From: Yuukianura sp. NJ FZ-2021
Lineage: Eukaryota
Direction: 5' to 3'
Assembly: GCA_046563655.1 (NCBI GenBank)
Contig: CM102290.1
Location: forward strand, 7,626,001-7,690,000
DNA: 64,000 bases
In this document: piece by piece, positions 50,197-64,000 of the stretch
Layout of the letters: each line of letters begins with the position of its first letter
Numbering within the stretch: the first letter of the stretch is position 1
Program-made: the position numbers and the translations under genes
The notes under the pieces: model-generated
What the model was told of the DNA's origin: nothing
What the model saw: only the letters and a program-made list of their open reading frames with translations
The model's database searches: none

Positions 50197-53100
50197 TCAT
50201 TTAGCACCCGCAGGGAATTCAACGTTGAGGGAAGGACTTTCCTGTGCCGTATCGGAATTCGTTTCCATACAACTGGAGTCTGAAATTTTTAGAGTAAGGG
50301 AATGATTTAGCACAAGAAAATATAGGTAAAGCCGCTTATGTTAAGTTTTAGTTTGAAAATTAGTGTTACCTTCTGTATTGCCAACAGATAGGCAGTATTC
50401 CTGATTGATTCTGTCGTATTGAGCCTTGATCGTTTCGAGCATAGGTTCTACGACGCCCAGAAGCGGTCGCTGTGTTGGGTCTGCTGCCCAGCAAGACTCC
50501 ATGAGTCGCCAACAGTCCACGTCAAAGTATGAAAGGCGTTCCGGACGAGCCCCTGTTGAAAGGTCAACAAATTGATTCAGTATGCACGAAAAACTGGGAA
50601 TTTCTCAAGTATTATCCAGCACATACCTTTCTTGACGCAGTGCCAGAGCCTCTCCTTGTCTTGGCACTGCTCAAAATTCTGAGGTAGCTTTACTTTTCCA
50701 GCACACAGATACCAGAACAGAATTCCAAATGCATAGACATCCACACTATTGTCGTAGTGTCCAGAAAACAGTTCAGGAGCCATGTGAATCGGAGTTCCCA
50801 CAATGCTACCCGACATCATAGCTTCCGGTTTACAGAAACCAAGGTCCGTCAGCTTAGCGCGATTGTTATTATCCAACTGTAAGTGTTAAAAAAACATTTA
50901 GCTCCAACTTTTGCATGATGATGAGAATTTACCACAAATAAAATATCTTACCAAAATGTTTTTCAGTTTGATATCTCGATGTACTAGTCCTTGAGAATGA
51001 AGATATCTAATCCCAGACACTACGTCCAAGGCAATTTGCAGTCTTGTTACCCATGGTAGGCCTAACTTCAAGGCACAATACAAATCCCGTGAGAGTCTGT
51101 CCATGACGATTAGGACAGCAGGAATCGTTCCACCAGCATAACTGTGGTCAATGACCGATCCGATCACCCTTACAATTCGATCATGCTCTGGGATACTCCT
51201 GGATATCCAAATGATTGACAAATTAGTTATTCGCTACAAACTAACTTGGAACATAGTGAATCTATAGTTGCATTAGTATAGAAATCAACTTACCGCATAT
51301 AATGAAATTCCATTGCCAGGTCATTCCAGTGCTTGTCATCGACCGGAACGACAGATTTGATAGCGCAAGGAGAGCACCCTGCCCATTCTTCACAGGAAAA
51401 TACAACACCGTACTGACCGCGGCCAATTTCCTTGCCACAGTTTGGCATTCCTGTTGCAAAAAAAAAACATTGTTCAAGCAGAACTACTAAATTTACAATA
51501 TTAATTCAATTACCATATAACAGACAATCCGTAATTGAACTTGTTTCTAGTGACAGCCTTGCCAACCTGGGAGCATGAATTTTTCGAAGTCGATAGCCTT
51601 GCTCATTTGTTCTTTCCAAACGCTCGTTATGATGAAGCTCCAAGTTGCGTAGTGCGGAAGTGAAGTGTTCGTGCGAAGTCTTCAGTCTTTCTTTTAATTG
51701 TGAACACACGGCTCGGGCAAGTTTGGACTGTGAAAGTGAATTGAGCATGTCCGATGCAACTTGTCTCCTCCAAGCTGCATTTACAGATGGGACGGAAGAC
51801 CATGGAAAGGAATGTACAATTTGTTTCATTTTGTCGTAGAGTCCACGAAGGAGGGAAGACGAATGGTGGTTTGGAACTTCAACTTGGTAAGCTGCTGCAA
51901 GGATTTGCTTCAGTGCTGTACTTGCACGACCATCATCCTCGTATTCATGTATGTTGAGTTCCAAACTGTTAATACACCGTTCCAAAGTTCCTAGAAAAGT
52001 GTCATGGAGGCAGTAGACGGAGCTGATTAGTTTTTGAGCAATAATGTTGTTGAGGTCCAGGACAACCAGTTCACGTATTTCTCCGATACATTGTGTTACC
52101 AGTTTTCCACTCAAGGGACCCTCCCAATTCATCACAAATGCATCTAAACACAATCCAAAATGTTACAAAATGTGCACAATTTTTTACTAATTCGAATAAT
52201 CGAACGGTAGTAATCGTTAATTTACCTTTGAACTGATGACCCTCTGCTTTTTGAAGAATATCCTCACGTCTCTCGTTGATAGTTTCTTGAATAAGTAAAC
52301 ACATATCGTCCTGTTTCCTTTCTGCAATTTCCATCAATGACTGTAAAAGCTCAGACTCCTTCATTCTGGCATAATCCAAACGTTTTGGCGTGATTTGCAT
52401 CTCCCGGGCCATTTCAAAGGCCGACAAAATGAACATTTGTAAGCAACTGTTATGAACCTAAATAAAAATAATTGTGTCAAATTTTGAACAAAGTTATACG
52501 TGGCAATGCAAAGGAAGAGAGGAGGTACCCTGTATAAGTGATTTGCAGCACCAAGCAGTTGCGAGTGTAAATAGCTTCTGACAAAACTGACAACCGTCCC
52601 GAGTAAATCCAGACAAGGAATATATTCACTCCGAACTTGGAACGACTGGACAATTGACTCGTTCAAGTATTTGGCTCCACGCAGTACTGCTTTCTGCTTG
52701 TCTTCTTCCTCATCAGTCTCCCACAGCAGACCTGTAAACAGCCAAAACCGACATAGAGGTTTTGCTTTTTAAATTTCTAAATTGACTGAGCATTCCAAAT
52801 AATTAACTGACCTAAAGCAGCTAGCTGTTCCAAAACTGGAGATTCTGAACGTCTCCTTGACTCTGTATCGGATTCAAATGAATCTGGAGTACTTGGTGCT
52901 GAAGTGACATTGGATGGATCATGCTCAGAAGTAAAGTTGAGAACACCGTGGTTCATAATCTCGTTGCGATCCACTTCAGTCAGTCCTGAGGAATCTTCGC
53001 AGGAAGGCATATTGACAAAAAAGATGGGCAGCGTGGGCTGTATTGAGCGTATTGTCTGTAGCTGATAAATATCCTTTGGAAAAAAAATTCATCCGTAAGA

Positions 53101-54196
53101 CCATTGTTAAAAATACACTAAAAAAGCACAAACTTACATCGCTTGAAAGAGCATCAGAAGAGATTCCGTAAATGACGACAGGGGTAGACACATCGAAGAG
53201 TCCTCTAACTATTTGAGCAAAGTTTTCACGGTTTCCGGTTGGAGGAATAACAAGTTGTGCATTGTCACGGAGCAGAGGGTGGTTCAAGTGATGCTCCACA
53301 ACGGCGCAGTCGTCTACTGGGCCCTAAACCAAATTAAAACATAGATTTGTTGATTCATAAATCTAAGAGTTATGTAAAAACATGGTGTGGCAAAGTACCC
53401 TTCTGACTTACGTTAATTTCATTCTCAGGCACTGTTAGATCCACGTTTCGGAGGGAGGGGCCTGGAATTCGGAAGGAAGTTCCTGGACGGTGTTCGATTA
53501 GTTCATAACTTGTACCAAGCGTAAGCACCACCTAAATATATAATTACTTTGCAAAATTCTGAAGTTTTTTTTTCAAAAATCTTTTGAAAAACATTCTCTG
53601 ACCTCTCGTTTGCTACTGTATTTGAATCTGATCATCCTCCATGACAAAGATTCTTTGGAATCAATAACTGGCAAATGAGATTCTCCAAATAGTTCGTTCA
53701 CAAGAATCGCTTTCACGCGGCAATTTTGTCCAAGAATGATAATGCACGGTGGTCGCCCAACAGCGCATTTCTGTCTACTGATTTCCTTCACTTTCCACTC
53801 CAAGTTTCTAACGGAATCTAACCAAATAAAAAAATTGTGTTTAGAAATTTAAAAAAAAAATAATGAATCAAAATTATAATTTGAATTTTCATATTGGTTT
53901 GTTGATTCACCTCGTGGAATTACTCCTGTGGACGAAATGTCATCCAAAGCTCTGAGCGTCTCTGAGTAAAGTCTGCGCAGTTGAAGTCCATATCGATTAA
54001 AACATAGAAACTCAATTGCCAATTTTACTTGTCCAGGATGCTCCCTATACTTTTTCCTCTTCTGCGCCAACTCCGCTTGCGATGGCACAGCATTCCACAA
54101 TCCTGCGGCACAACCTTTGGTCGTAGTACTTGGCAAACGTTGACCTAGCTTGAGAATGCCCGCACTTTTGTGAGCCGGTAGCTTATTGTCTATCAT
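50197..54196 (-). CDS. DSTYK: Dual serine/threonine and tyrosine protein kinase
   Basis: [101 protein letters not shown]. The exact start codon is uncertain. Confidence 0.93.
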
Positions 54197-57100
54197 GTTC
54201 AATTGTTTGTAAGTGTCCACTTGAAAGATGCGTGCGACGACGAGTAACTTATGTGATTGAATGAGTTTCAGACGATTTTACTCTGGAAGAGCGTTTTCAC
54301 ATTCACAATGTACGAGATATGACTTTGTTTGAACAGTGTAGTTGAGCATTGTTTTGTGCAGAAGTGGACTCTGGCTGGTACGACGACCACGGAACAACTG
54401 AAGACTGACCTAGAAGGCACAATTGTAATAAAGGGAATGGTTAGTTTACAGAGGATATCTCCACTAATCTCTATGCTTCAAATATACTTATTAAAAAAGT
54501 TTAATCGTAAACAGAAGTTGCTGTCTTAGAAAATTAAAGATAGTAGGGCGAGGTGGGGAAACTAGACAAGCATGATTTGGATTGAGCTGGATCTTACTCA
54601 ATTGATCTTCCTGGACACACTGGATCTTCTATACGAAAGGAAGGAAGAGGTCACTCGAACCATAAAAAATCAATTTCAAATGTTAAAACGCGCTTCTATT
54701 TCGGTTTACATTATGGGGTCAAAGGCAGTTGATATCAACTGTTGAAAAGATTCGACACTTTTCTTAAAATGAAAGTTAGTTGGCACTGCCGGCTAGTGCC
54801 CGGTGATACTAAAAAATTAGAAAAACAGCTTGTATAGACTTTGAAACTGATTCAGCACTGTTTTGAATCTTTTCCTTGGTTTTTATTCCTCAACTAAATT
54901 GGAATTGGAAAAGTAAATCTCAAAGGCCAGTTCTTAACGCAATCGCTGCTATTATCAAGTGTGACCCAACTGAAATCTGTTTCAACGTTGCTTTTTTTCT
55001 AAGCTATCAACAGACTAAAATGTTTGAAAGATTTGGTTCCGTTTGACCAGTCTACACCGGTTATACGATCACTGTTTACAAGGACCATGTCCAAATCAGG
55101 GGCCTTGTCACCGTTTCCTTACTCAATAGAATTATCAACTTAAATTCAATTCCAAGTAGGCAATTGGATTCGAGTCACAGTCGGCCATAACGAAAACAAA
55201 TAGTACAACATGCCCCCATCATAGGCGTCTGATCATGAACCAAGCTTAAACTTTTCAAAGGTTGTTGACACATGGTAATAACAAAGCCATTGATACTATG
55301 CTGATAACCAGTAAAATTGTTGTACTTTCATTTCAATTGTTAACTTTCGTGAGCTGTTGGACATAATATGACAATGGACATGGACTTCTCTAATCCAGAG
55401 CCTTCTTGACCAAAAACAATACAATCTGTATAAGAGCCCCTCCCGGACCTCTAGACCTTAGACCCTGGTAATTTTCCAATTCATATATACTGGTAAAATC
55501 CTAGTTAGTAACTGTCAACTTCTGGCACAAAGATCCAAATCCTCCCAACACGAACTAATCCTATCCATTGTCCAGATCTTTCAGTTTTCTTGGTAATGAA
55601 GTTGCTTAAATCATAAACAACATACTAGCAAATGAGTAAGAAACATGCATAAACAGATTAATTGACACGTAAAACAAGGATTTCCATGCTCAAAGATTCT
55701 GACGTTGTAATTTTGTTGTTGCCAAAATATATGTTTCAGATGAAGTGATTACTAAATATGTAATTGCTTTTGATTCAAACGTTTTTAGAGACTCCTTACT
55801 TTCCAAGTTTGCGAATCTTCGGATTTGGAACAATCGTCGACATTACGATCGTATTCAGAAAAAACGAGAATTCAATTCGAGCACTTAAAAAGAATTGAAT
55901 GGCATCGTCTTTTTACGTTTTGTTTTTAGAATTTGTCGAAAGATATGTGACGTGTGGACAGAAGATAAAAGACGCAAAAATATTTGCTGATTTGGTTGCC
56001 ACTTGTCAATTGTGAGCAGTTGACTGACGTGATGTTGTCAGTTAGTACTCGGCACTCGCAAAGTTATTTTCCACAGTATTTCACTAATTATTAGTCACAT
56101 GATTAACAACAGTTTAATGAAAATGGGAAAATTATTGTTATTTAGGAAACCATAGTTTAAAGTTACATCAAGTAATAACAACTTAAAAATTGCGTCAGTA
56201 ATGTACATGCGTGTGTGCAGTAAATCGTGTTTTAAACTTTTACAAAATTAGTTTAAACGAGTTACTGAAGCCACGAGCTCATTTCTCTTTTTTAGTTCGT
56301 AGATACTTGCAAATTTAAGCAAGAAGGCGACCTTTGTAGTGTAGTAAGTTTGTGGCGTAACTTCTACGTCAAAAACGCCGCCACCAAGTACCAATTAAAA
56401 TCATCATAAAGATTGTCTAGTAAAATTAATCAGTACGGCCAAGCCCAACTTTTTTGTGGAACTGCGTAAGAGTATAATACGTTCATTGTTAAAAGTTCCT
56501 TGATATCTGCTTTACTTTTGGAGTAAACTGGAAAATTCCGACATTTGCGGAATTGGAAACCTTGTAGCGCAGTTTAGCGGAAAGCATTTTTTGAAATTTA
56601 GAACAGCTTCCGTAATACGTTTCACCGCCGCCTTCAGAGACCTTAAGCGCAAAATAAAATGAAATGTTGGGATGCCCCAAAAAATTCTTGTGACCTCAAG
56701 GAGTCAATTGAGAACGGACTGGATCAACTGGGGTCAAACGATTTGGCGCCAGCCATTAAGCTTTATCATCATTATCTATCGCTCTCTGTTTTTCAGAGAC
56801 GCTGTTTTAGGAAGATCTTGGTTTAAGGCAGGAGGGGATATAAGATGCTTGTTCAGAAAATGATTCAGGGAGATTCAGTTCCAAACGAGCATTGAAAATT
56901 GCTGAATCAGAATTATGAACCTTGGAATTGAATTTACTTATTTTGTAGTTGGGCAATCAATTTACTAACCAGGATCAATAGTAGCTAGCCGCACGATCGA
57001 AACACATGGAAGTCACGACGATACCGACAAAGCAGTAGTTTCGGAAATTTACGATGCCGAATTGTCCACAACACAAATGAATGGCCAACTCTTGAATTTT

Positions 57101-58960
57101 CTGGAACTGAAAAGTAAACAAAATAGAAAATCTGTATCAACTGTTTACAACTGATACCGGGAGTTTTTTTTGTTGCGTATCTGGACAATTAACAATTCAG
57201 CGATTTCAGCAATAAGTTTGACTGTAACTTTAGGGAAACCCATGCATTCGATTTGCTCTTGCTTAGCGGCGCCAGTCTTCTTCATAGAAGATGGAGCTGT
57301 GATTTTCTCGATAACTCTTGTGACCCAATGTAGGGGATTGACCTCGCGTGCAATAATTAGTAGACTAAAGGATGGCCTTCAACCGTTATGATTAACCTGT
57401 CAAGAACAGGAGCCAGGAGATATTCAAGTCCCGACCGAACAAACTGTCACGGTAATCAAATTGATTGATCCGGCTCAAAGTTCAAATCAAATTAACAAGG
57501 ACTACGGAAAGAGATTCTACGGCATAGTTCGGCACGTCGCAATCCGATCACAGCGATCCTAAGTCGGAACACGGGGTAGGACCAAAAGATCGGGTATTTG
57601 GGCCGCAGCAGAAGTGCCGAACTCTGTCTGAGGTGCTGGAACATCCCCCATGGGGTAAAAACCACACGTAACGTAACGAATATTGCTAAACCGATAACCG
57701 CCAATCGATCTTACACGCTGTCAATCAACGCAAACCACAGTAAAGAAGCATTTATGAATTCCAATTAAAAATAATAACAAAATCAACAGTTTTGTAAATT
57801 TTAGTCAAGCATGTCAAAGTTAACTCACTTTACCTTTAAGGGTTAGTTGAAAAGAATCGTTTGTCCCACTTCCAAGTTCCAAATCTGACGCCGCAGTTAA
57901 AGTTGACCGATGTTCTACTTACTACTAGTACTAGTAACAGTAAGCACCAACTCGAGGAGATGCGGAGTGACGTTTTTGTTTCCAGGACTTGATAAGTCAA
58001 GTATTAGTAGTAAACTAATTATCTAACTGATTGATGGAACAGCAACATGTGACCAGTCATCTGTTGTTGATGTTCGATTGATTAATCTCCACTTTGTGCG
58101 ATCTCTGGACTCGAGATACTCGCACTTAACAGCTGAGTACCTAACCTACTAAACCCCATAATCACTTCATCTAAAACCTCCACACCGTACGAGTACAAAT
58201 CCACGCGTTCTTGCCAAATTCGAGTGCAAAAGCAACTTACTCGAGGTATTACGGTAAAGTACTCACGGAGATGCTTTTTGTCACAAGCTTCTGACTTGGA
58301 TATTATGCAAGTCCATTTTTAGGTTAATTAGTTTCAAGTTAATGTGAGATCGAAGGCACAAATTAGTCATTGGGCACAGACTGTGTCTATGTCTTCCTAA
58401 AGATCATAAATATGACTAAAATTTAGCAGTAGGGTTTGTTTAGTACCTACTTGCCAAGCATCACTTTCCGGGTTGACATTGCGCATCTTTCAACAGAATC
58501 TGAACAAACATTTTAACAAGCATGGCAAACAATAATAAACAATGTCCAAGGGCAAGAACAATTTACAAGGATAGCAACAACCCACTACAAAGAAAACACA
58601 CGGAAACGGCATGAACAATAGATTTTGGCGACATGCCGCTTTAACAAATGAAACTAGAAGTTGGGAAACCTGTTATGCAAGGTAAAGCTAACAGCGAATC
58701 GCTTTATTACATCTAAACACAGTGCATAAACATAATATAACTACTGATTTAATACAATCGGTAAGCGGGATTTTGTTAGTTTACGTTCTATACGTTTCTA
58801 AAGGTTATGCGGAACTGTACATGGTTTCTGCACAAAATCATTCCTGCGATCTAAATCCATTTAAAATACATTGCGTTAAAATCTAAAAACCTAACAGCGT
58901 AGTCATCTTAGTTAATAATTGCTACCAAGTTTGGTATCGGTTGTCACTACTATGAAACTT

Positions 58961-59747
58961 TTAAACAGTACGTCGCCAGATAGCCATTCGTCGCTGGAAC
59001 CAAATCTGAAACAATCAAAAAATGCATATTACAGTTTTCTTTTTTTTTCACAATTTCACGGGGTATGAAAAAGGCATGTCCCAGCAGAATTAAATTACAG
59101 CAGAACCTAACCTTTTCCTTCACAAAGTAAAAATTCATTAGTGACGTGAACCGCAAAGAAAGTGAAAGTTCAGTTGTATCAAATGTCACCTCTTACGTTT
59201 ACAGTTTCATTCATGAGGCGAGAAGGCCACTGGAATATAGGACGCCATAACCTTTAAACTAAAATTCTTGCGCCAATTTCGTAATTTAACTAAAACTTTT
59301 TTTTTATAATAACTGCTCTAAATTCTGAGAAATGGAATACAATTGAAGGGGGAAGCCTGGCTTTAATTTAATATTCAGAGTATTTAACCTTGTTTCCACT
59401 TTCTAGTTGATTTTCCAAGGCTAAAAATCTTTGTGCAAAATCTCTCAAATCTCTTCAAATATTATAACTCGTCGTTCCAGAGTTGCAAAAAATCCTCCCA
59501 GACATGCCTCTTTGACCACCCCGTGTGTTTCTGATGCTTTTTTCTCATTGTCGCTAACCTTGACGTCTTCATCCGGAAGACCAGTTTCCGCAGCAATGAG
59601 AATGAGTTCACTAGGATGCGGATTTTTGGTCTTCAAAAATTGCTTCTCTAAGTACTCCTCTTGTTCCGCCGTTAAGCGCAATTGGAAGGAAGCATGGATT
59701 GACGTAGACTGCTGGTCAGAGAGACGAAAACTTCCAGTAGTAGCCAT
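58961..59747 (-). CDS. HOPX: Homeodomain-only (HOPX-like) protein, ~77 aa; coding exons 59747-59559 and 59005-58961
   Basis: LTAEQEEYLEKQFLKTKNPHPSELILIAAETGLPDEDVK spliced (AAG|GT...CAG) to IWFQRRMAIWRRTV*. This matches the HOPX pattern LIAAE.GL...WF..R.A.WRR. Confidence 0.8.
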
Positions 59748-60078
59748 ACTGATTCCAGTACACGAGAATAAACTCCTGAAAGAAAAAAATAGAACAAATA
59801 AAATATAAAAGTTACAAAGATTCATGTAGTATTACGTGACAGAAGCCACAACAAATTATCTATGTCAACATTTTTTAAGGAACTAAAGCCACTTAAGCTA
59901 ACAAGGAAAAGTGTAAATCCCATGATTGTGCAGCAGTCAGTTGTGTAATTGGAAATTGGAATAATCATGACTGTCAAAACAATTGCATCATCACTGACCT
60001 TGAAAATACTAAAAGCCTAAAAGCTATAAGGGTCAAGTGACGCTTCACTATACAAATCGTGCCCAAGAATTAATTCCT

Positions 60079-60239
60079 ACTAGACGGAACCCGTGATGTT
60101 TACACATCACGATGACATGAAGGAACGATGATTTTGAACATTTTGTCAAAAATCCGCTAGCTTTTTCGTTTGACCCGAGGTATGACCTAGTGCTTAAAGG
60201 TAATTTCGTGATGTGTAAACATCACGGGTTCCGTTTAGT
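60079..60239. mobile_element. Short foldback / Helitron-end-like element
   Basis: 34-bp inverted arms at 60079-60112 and 60206-60239 (33/34 identical). Each arm holds its own hairpin CGTGATGT-nnnn-ACATCACG and ends near (C/T)TAGT. Confidence 0.65.
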
Positions 60240-63200
60240 TGAATCGAAAATGTATTGTAAAGGCTGGGGGGCAAGCCCCCAGACCCCCCCCCCTCCTTTT
60301 GCTTTCTGAGTTGAGATGGAATTTGTGGAAGTCTGTGCTTGGAGAAGCAATGTAAAAGGTACACCCCAGGATCGTTCCACTCTTCCACACAGAGAGTTTT
60401 TTGCACATATAGTTTGCATGGCCATGCTATTAGCATTGTGACCGAGGGAGCAACACTCGTCAATTAGAGTATGATGAGCACTTTAGACTTATTAATTCAT
60501 GACAGGTTAGGAACCACAGGAGTCCAGTAAAAACTTAAATTGAATTGACATAAGAATTGGGAATTGATTTGTACGATTGAAGTTATACTTTACAGTGATA
60601 CTTTGACGCTTCATCAAGTGGTTACTTTTCGACGCAGCTTAAGTTAACCAATATCAGCGTATCGCCAAACTAATTCAACCGCGCAACTTCAATTTGACAA
60701 ACTTTGATAAACGCACAACAATGCCTTTGAAAATTTTGTGCAACACAACCATTGTATTCAAAACTGAAACCGTGAAAGTGACTAAAAACTAAGCCTGGAA
60801 ATTTGATTCACCTGCTGCCTGATCTCCGAAGTTCAGAGAACGTTCTAAATCTTTTCTAGCGTCAAAGTTAGCTTGACTATGGCGGAGCACGACCTCTCTC
60901 GACAGTGGTTGGACTATGAATGAGCAAATTTGCGTAAGTTGCAAACGAGTCAAGTGGCATTAAGGGAAGTTACTGACGACAAGCAGCAGCAGCAAGAGAA
61001 AAGAACCGTGCGCAAATGAAGCGTGCGCTTACTATCTCCTCAAACCTTGACTCTAACAATCGCTTTTCCCCAAATTCAATCAACTTTCTCTTCCGGACCT
61101 TTTACCCTAATTTGATATTCACATAATCCGTTACCCTGTGCTACCATTCAAGTGACCTTGCGAAGTGTGACCTATTGAACAAGAACTGATGATAGAATGT
61201 GTCTTCTACATGACTTGACCTTGTCTTTGACAAAGAACGCTCGTGAAAGGTAAATACTTCCAGCTTTTTCGTATCAAATCCTGTTCCAAATTGGATCCAT
61301 TTATCACGCCACAAAAAGCTAAAACCATAAAAACAAATAAACGATAACGAAAAAACTCGCAATTTTCTCATAATTTGCAACTTCCTTTCAGCTTACAATC
61401 TTCATGCTACTACGATTATTCGAGCAGCAGCAGTATACAAACTGAAATATTTGCCACAGATCTCGCAGATGATGACACTTTCCTGAACCTAAATGTCAAT
61501 TAATACAATGCATTAAATTCAAGTTAAAAAGTACCCAGGTCACTTTTCCGACAAAAGAAAAAGTAGGACAACGCATGCCTCCATTAGATCGTAAGAACCA
61601 AGATGGCGGAAGCTGTTAAATCAAAAGTCAACTAATGTGGACTAACGCGAACAATTAGTTAACGAGGATATTAAATGCCAATAGGCGATTCTTTCCTGGG
61701 AGTTTATATGGAACATATTAATTTAAGTGTTTATTCTTACAGTTGACTTGATAGCCCAACCTTACTACTTCCCGTGTAAATGCACTGATCCAAGAAATTT
61801 AAGCAGTTCCAATCTCAAGAGTATCATTCGGCAGTTGGATCGGAATGGAGCTACCAGCAGCGTCAGTGCCAAACTGAATTTACAAATTCATTCCACAGCA
61901 TTCGTTTAGAAATTGCAAAAATTTAAGCCAGTGTTTCATCGCCAAACATTTTGAAGCGTCTGTAAATTGTTTAATCCTCTTCATTCCAATTCAACTGCCA
62001 AGCAACGGTAGATTTCGAAATCTGTCATTAATCTCCGACATCTTGGTAGACAATTTACGACATCTTTTGTCACTCCACTGATTTACATTTACGTCGACAA
62101 AAAACCTGTCAAACGACTAGGATTCTGAAGATGTTCCACCAGTGACTCAACATTATTCAACACACGGATGAAACAAGAAAATCCGAAATGTTCATAACAA
62201 AAAAGTCACGACAGTGACAGCGTTCAGTACGAGGTCAGGCGCTCAAAAAACAGCTTGGGGCAGCATTTTTTCTCAAAGAAACGCAGCTTCTCTTATTACG
62301 TTACAAAATTTACTGTCTCCAAGAGAAATCCTGCTAAAAGACTTTTATTATAATTTTACCAGTGACCTAATAAATACTGCACCGGAATTTCCAGAATACT
62401 GTCCGTGCGTTGCATTCTCGAGGAACAGACAACCTTTAACAATGAATGCCTTTGCCTTGACGAAATTGGAATTGATATTTTGAAAACGACCACAACAGCC
62501 TACAAAAAAAAAACAAAAACACGACAAATTTTCAAAAATTGACGCCACCATATCAGACAACAAAATGGTAAGTTAATTCGCATGCGTAGCATTTTTTCCA
62601 AAAATGGATATTTGCTCAAAATCTCTTCCTAAACTCGATGACATCAGAATCCAAAGTTCAAATTTTCCAAATTTAAAAGTAGTAAATTCCTCAACTGGCG
62701 GGTAATAGAGTGAAAAATGTACTGAAAGAGGCCAAAACTGAATTTCCCAAATTTTTTCTGAACACATTGTCTGGTCTTTGCCTAAAAACGCTATAGCGCA
62801 GGGAATCGCAGGGAAAATTCATGCGCTTCGAATGACTATAGAGCCGTTCCCTGCCAATTCTTATACCGTAGAATACCTCAAACTTGGTAAGTTAGAAGTG
62901 TGATTCCCTCGGAAAAATATTATAAAGTAGAGGTAACCCGGTTGAGTACACTGTTTTACCACGATATAGTCTCTTGTTCAATCAGTTCAGGTGATTGTGG
63001 GTGGATTAGGTTGATGTGTGGGGTTAAAACAGTTATTTCCAATGTGCGTCAAATTTAGTTACCACTGAGAGAGCCCAGTTATTATAGTAAAGGTGTCACA
63101 AGGAACTTCTGGGGGATGCTTGACCCGTTAGTGCTCGTTATGAAGATTTGAAACGTAGGCTCAATCTGTCATTGAAAGATTCAGTAAGTGTTAAGTGCTT

Positions 63201-63570
63201 GTCCTGGCATGGCATGATATTCATACTCATCATTCCAATTAGCTCCAACACCTTGAAAGTTACTTACCACTTTCCATTTCCAATCCATATTTTAACATGA
63301 GGCCATCCCACTGAGTCAGCATAGTTGTGGCCGTGTTGAGCACAGGACTAGTTCCCAGTTGAATTTTAGTTGACCCTAGATGATTTTAAAACAATTTAGT
63401 TAGCATTACCTTCAAAGAATCTCTAGAAGAAATCTATTGTTACTTTGGAAATTTTAATCATCAATTTTCTGATTTAGTTCAAGAAAGTGCGTAAGTTTTG
63501 CAAACGGCATCACACCAAGCTAACTTCAGAAACTTATGAATACGAAGTTTTCGTCAATGAAGAAAGGACA

Positions 63571-63759
63571 ATGGAATTTGGAATGGAAAGCACCATGGGT
63601 CAGGTCGATGAACGCATTGCCTTTGGACCAATGGCCAAAGGTCAGAAGAGATATGGAAGTACAGCTAGGCGACCAGCCAAAGAAGATGCTCAAGGATTCC
63701 CATATACAGTTCGAGGTGGGGACACTCTTCAAGGACTGGCTGTGAAGTTTGGTGTCACG
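63571..63759 (+). CDS. LysM domain protein (LYSMD1/2-like), first coding exon; continues beyond the window
   Basis: KRYGST...YTVRGGDTLQGLAVKFGVT followed by a GTAAGT donor. Confidence 0.82.
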
Positions 63760-63790
63760 GTAAGTTTCAACACCTACCCTATATAAGGCA

Positions 63791-64000
63791 AAGGCGGGTT
63801 CACACCGGACCACTGGATGGATTTTCCATCCACTGGACGGCAATCCAGTCGTTCACACCAGATTTACTTTCTCTCGATGGATCATCTAGAGAAAGTTTGG
63901 GTGGATTTTTTATCTATGGACTGGATTTTCGTTCGTACATCGAAAAAAAAATCCATCCATGGAAATTTTTCTCACTGGATTCTGGAGAGATATTTTTCAC
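63791..64000. mobile_element. Probable left end of a PIF/Harbinger-like MITE, truncated by the window edge
   Basis: Begins AAGGCGGGTTCACACC with a second GTTCACACC and repeated TGGAT/ATCCA motifs. The other end is not visible. Confidence 0.4.

Noticed and set aside
54544..55225. Possible pogo-like MITE ends (GGGCGAGGTGGGG ... CCCCCATC)
   Set aside because: The inverted match is too degenerate to define termini or a TSD.
1..64000. Prokaryotic-type systems or recent horizontal gene transfer
   Set aside because: All supported host genes carry spliceosomal introns and look like eukaryotic genes. No operon-like or intronless foreign block was seen.

Overview
Gene-dense eukaryotic DNA with mostly short GT-AG introns. 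The gene content points to an arthropod with a compact genome (inference). About 21 protein-coding genes were reconstructed by hand, in order: Sushi/HYR protein (3' part), small secreted protein, atypical TK/TKL-type kinase, PAWR-like, CCCH+Tudor (Krimper-like), TMEM184C, FBXO36, PNPLA2/brummer, melanotransferrin, NOP14, UTP18, an uncharacterised multi-pass membrane protein, TTI2, POLE2, ZMAT2, a short AATF, BET1, Asterix/WDR83OS, DSTYK, a HOPX-like microprotein and the 5' part of a LysM protein. Intergenic and intronic DNA holds several non-autonomous DNA transposons: a Transib MITE (5-bp TSD), a hAT MITE (8-bp TSD), a TA-flanked MITE with a nested DINE/HINE-like piece, a pogo fragment and Helitron-like ends. 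The strongest signal is in PNPLA2, where the segment carrying the catalytic Asp exists as two 189-nt alternatives (a two-exon DGG cassette and a one-exon DGC cassette). An ordered set of complementary intronic blocks brackets the first cassette and could loop it out. No tRNA, rRNA or CRISPR features were seen. All family names come from recognising motifs by eye, not from database searches.
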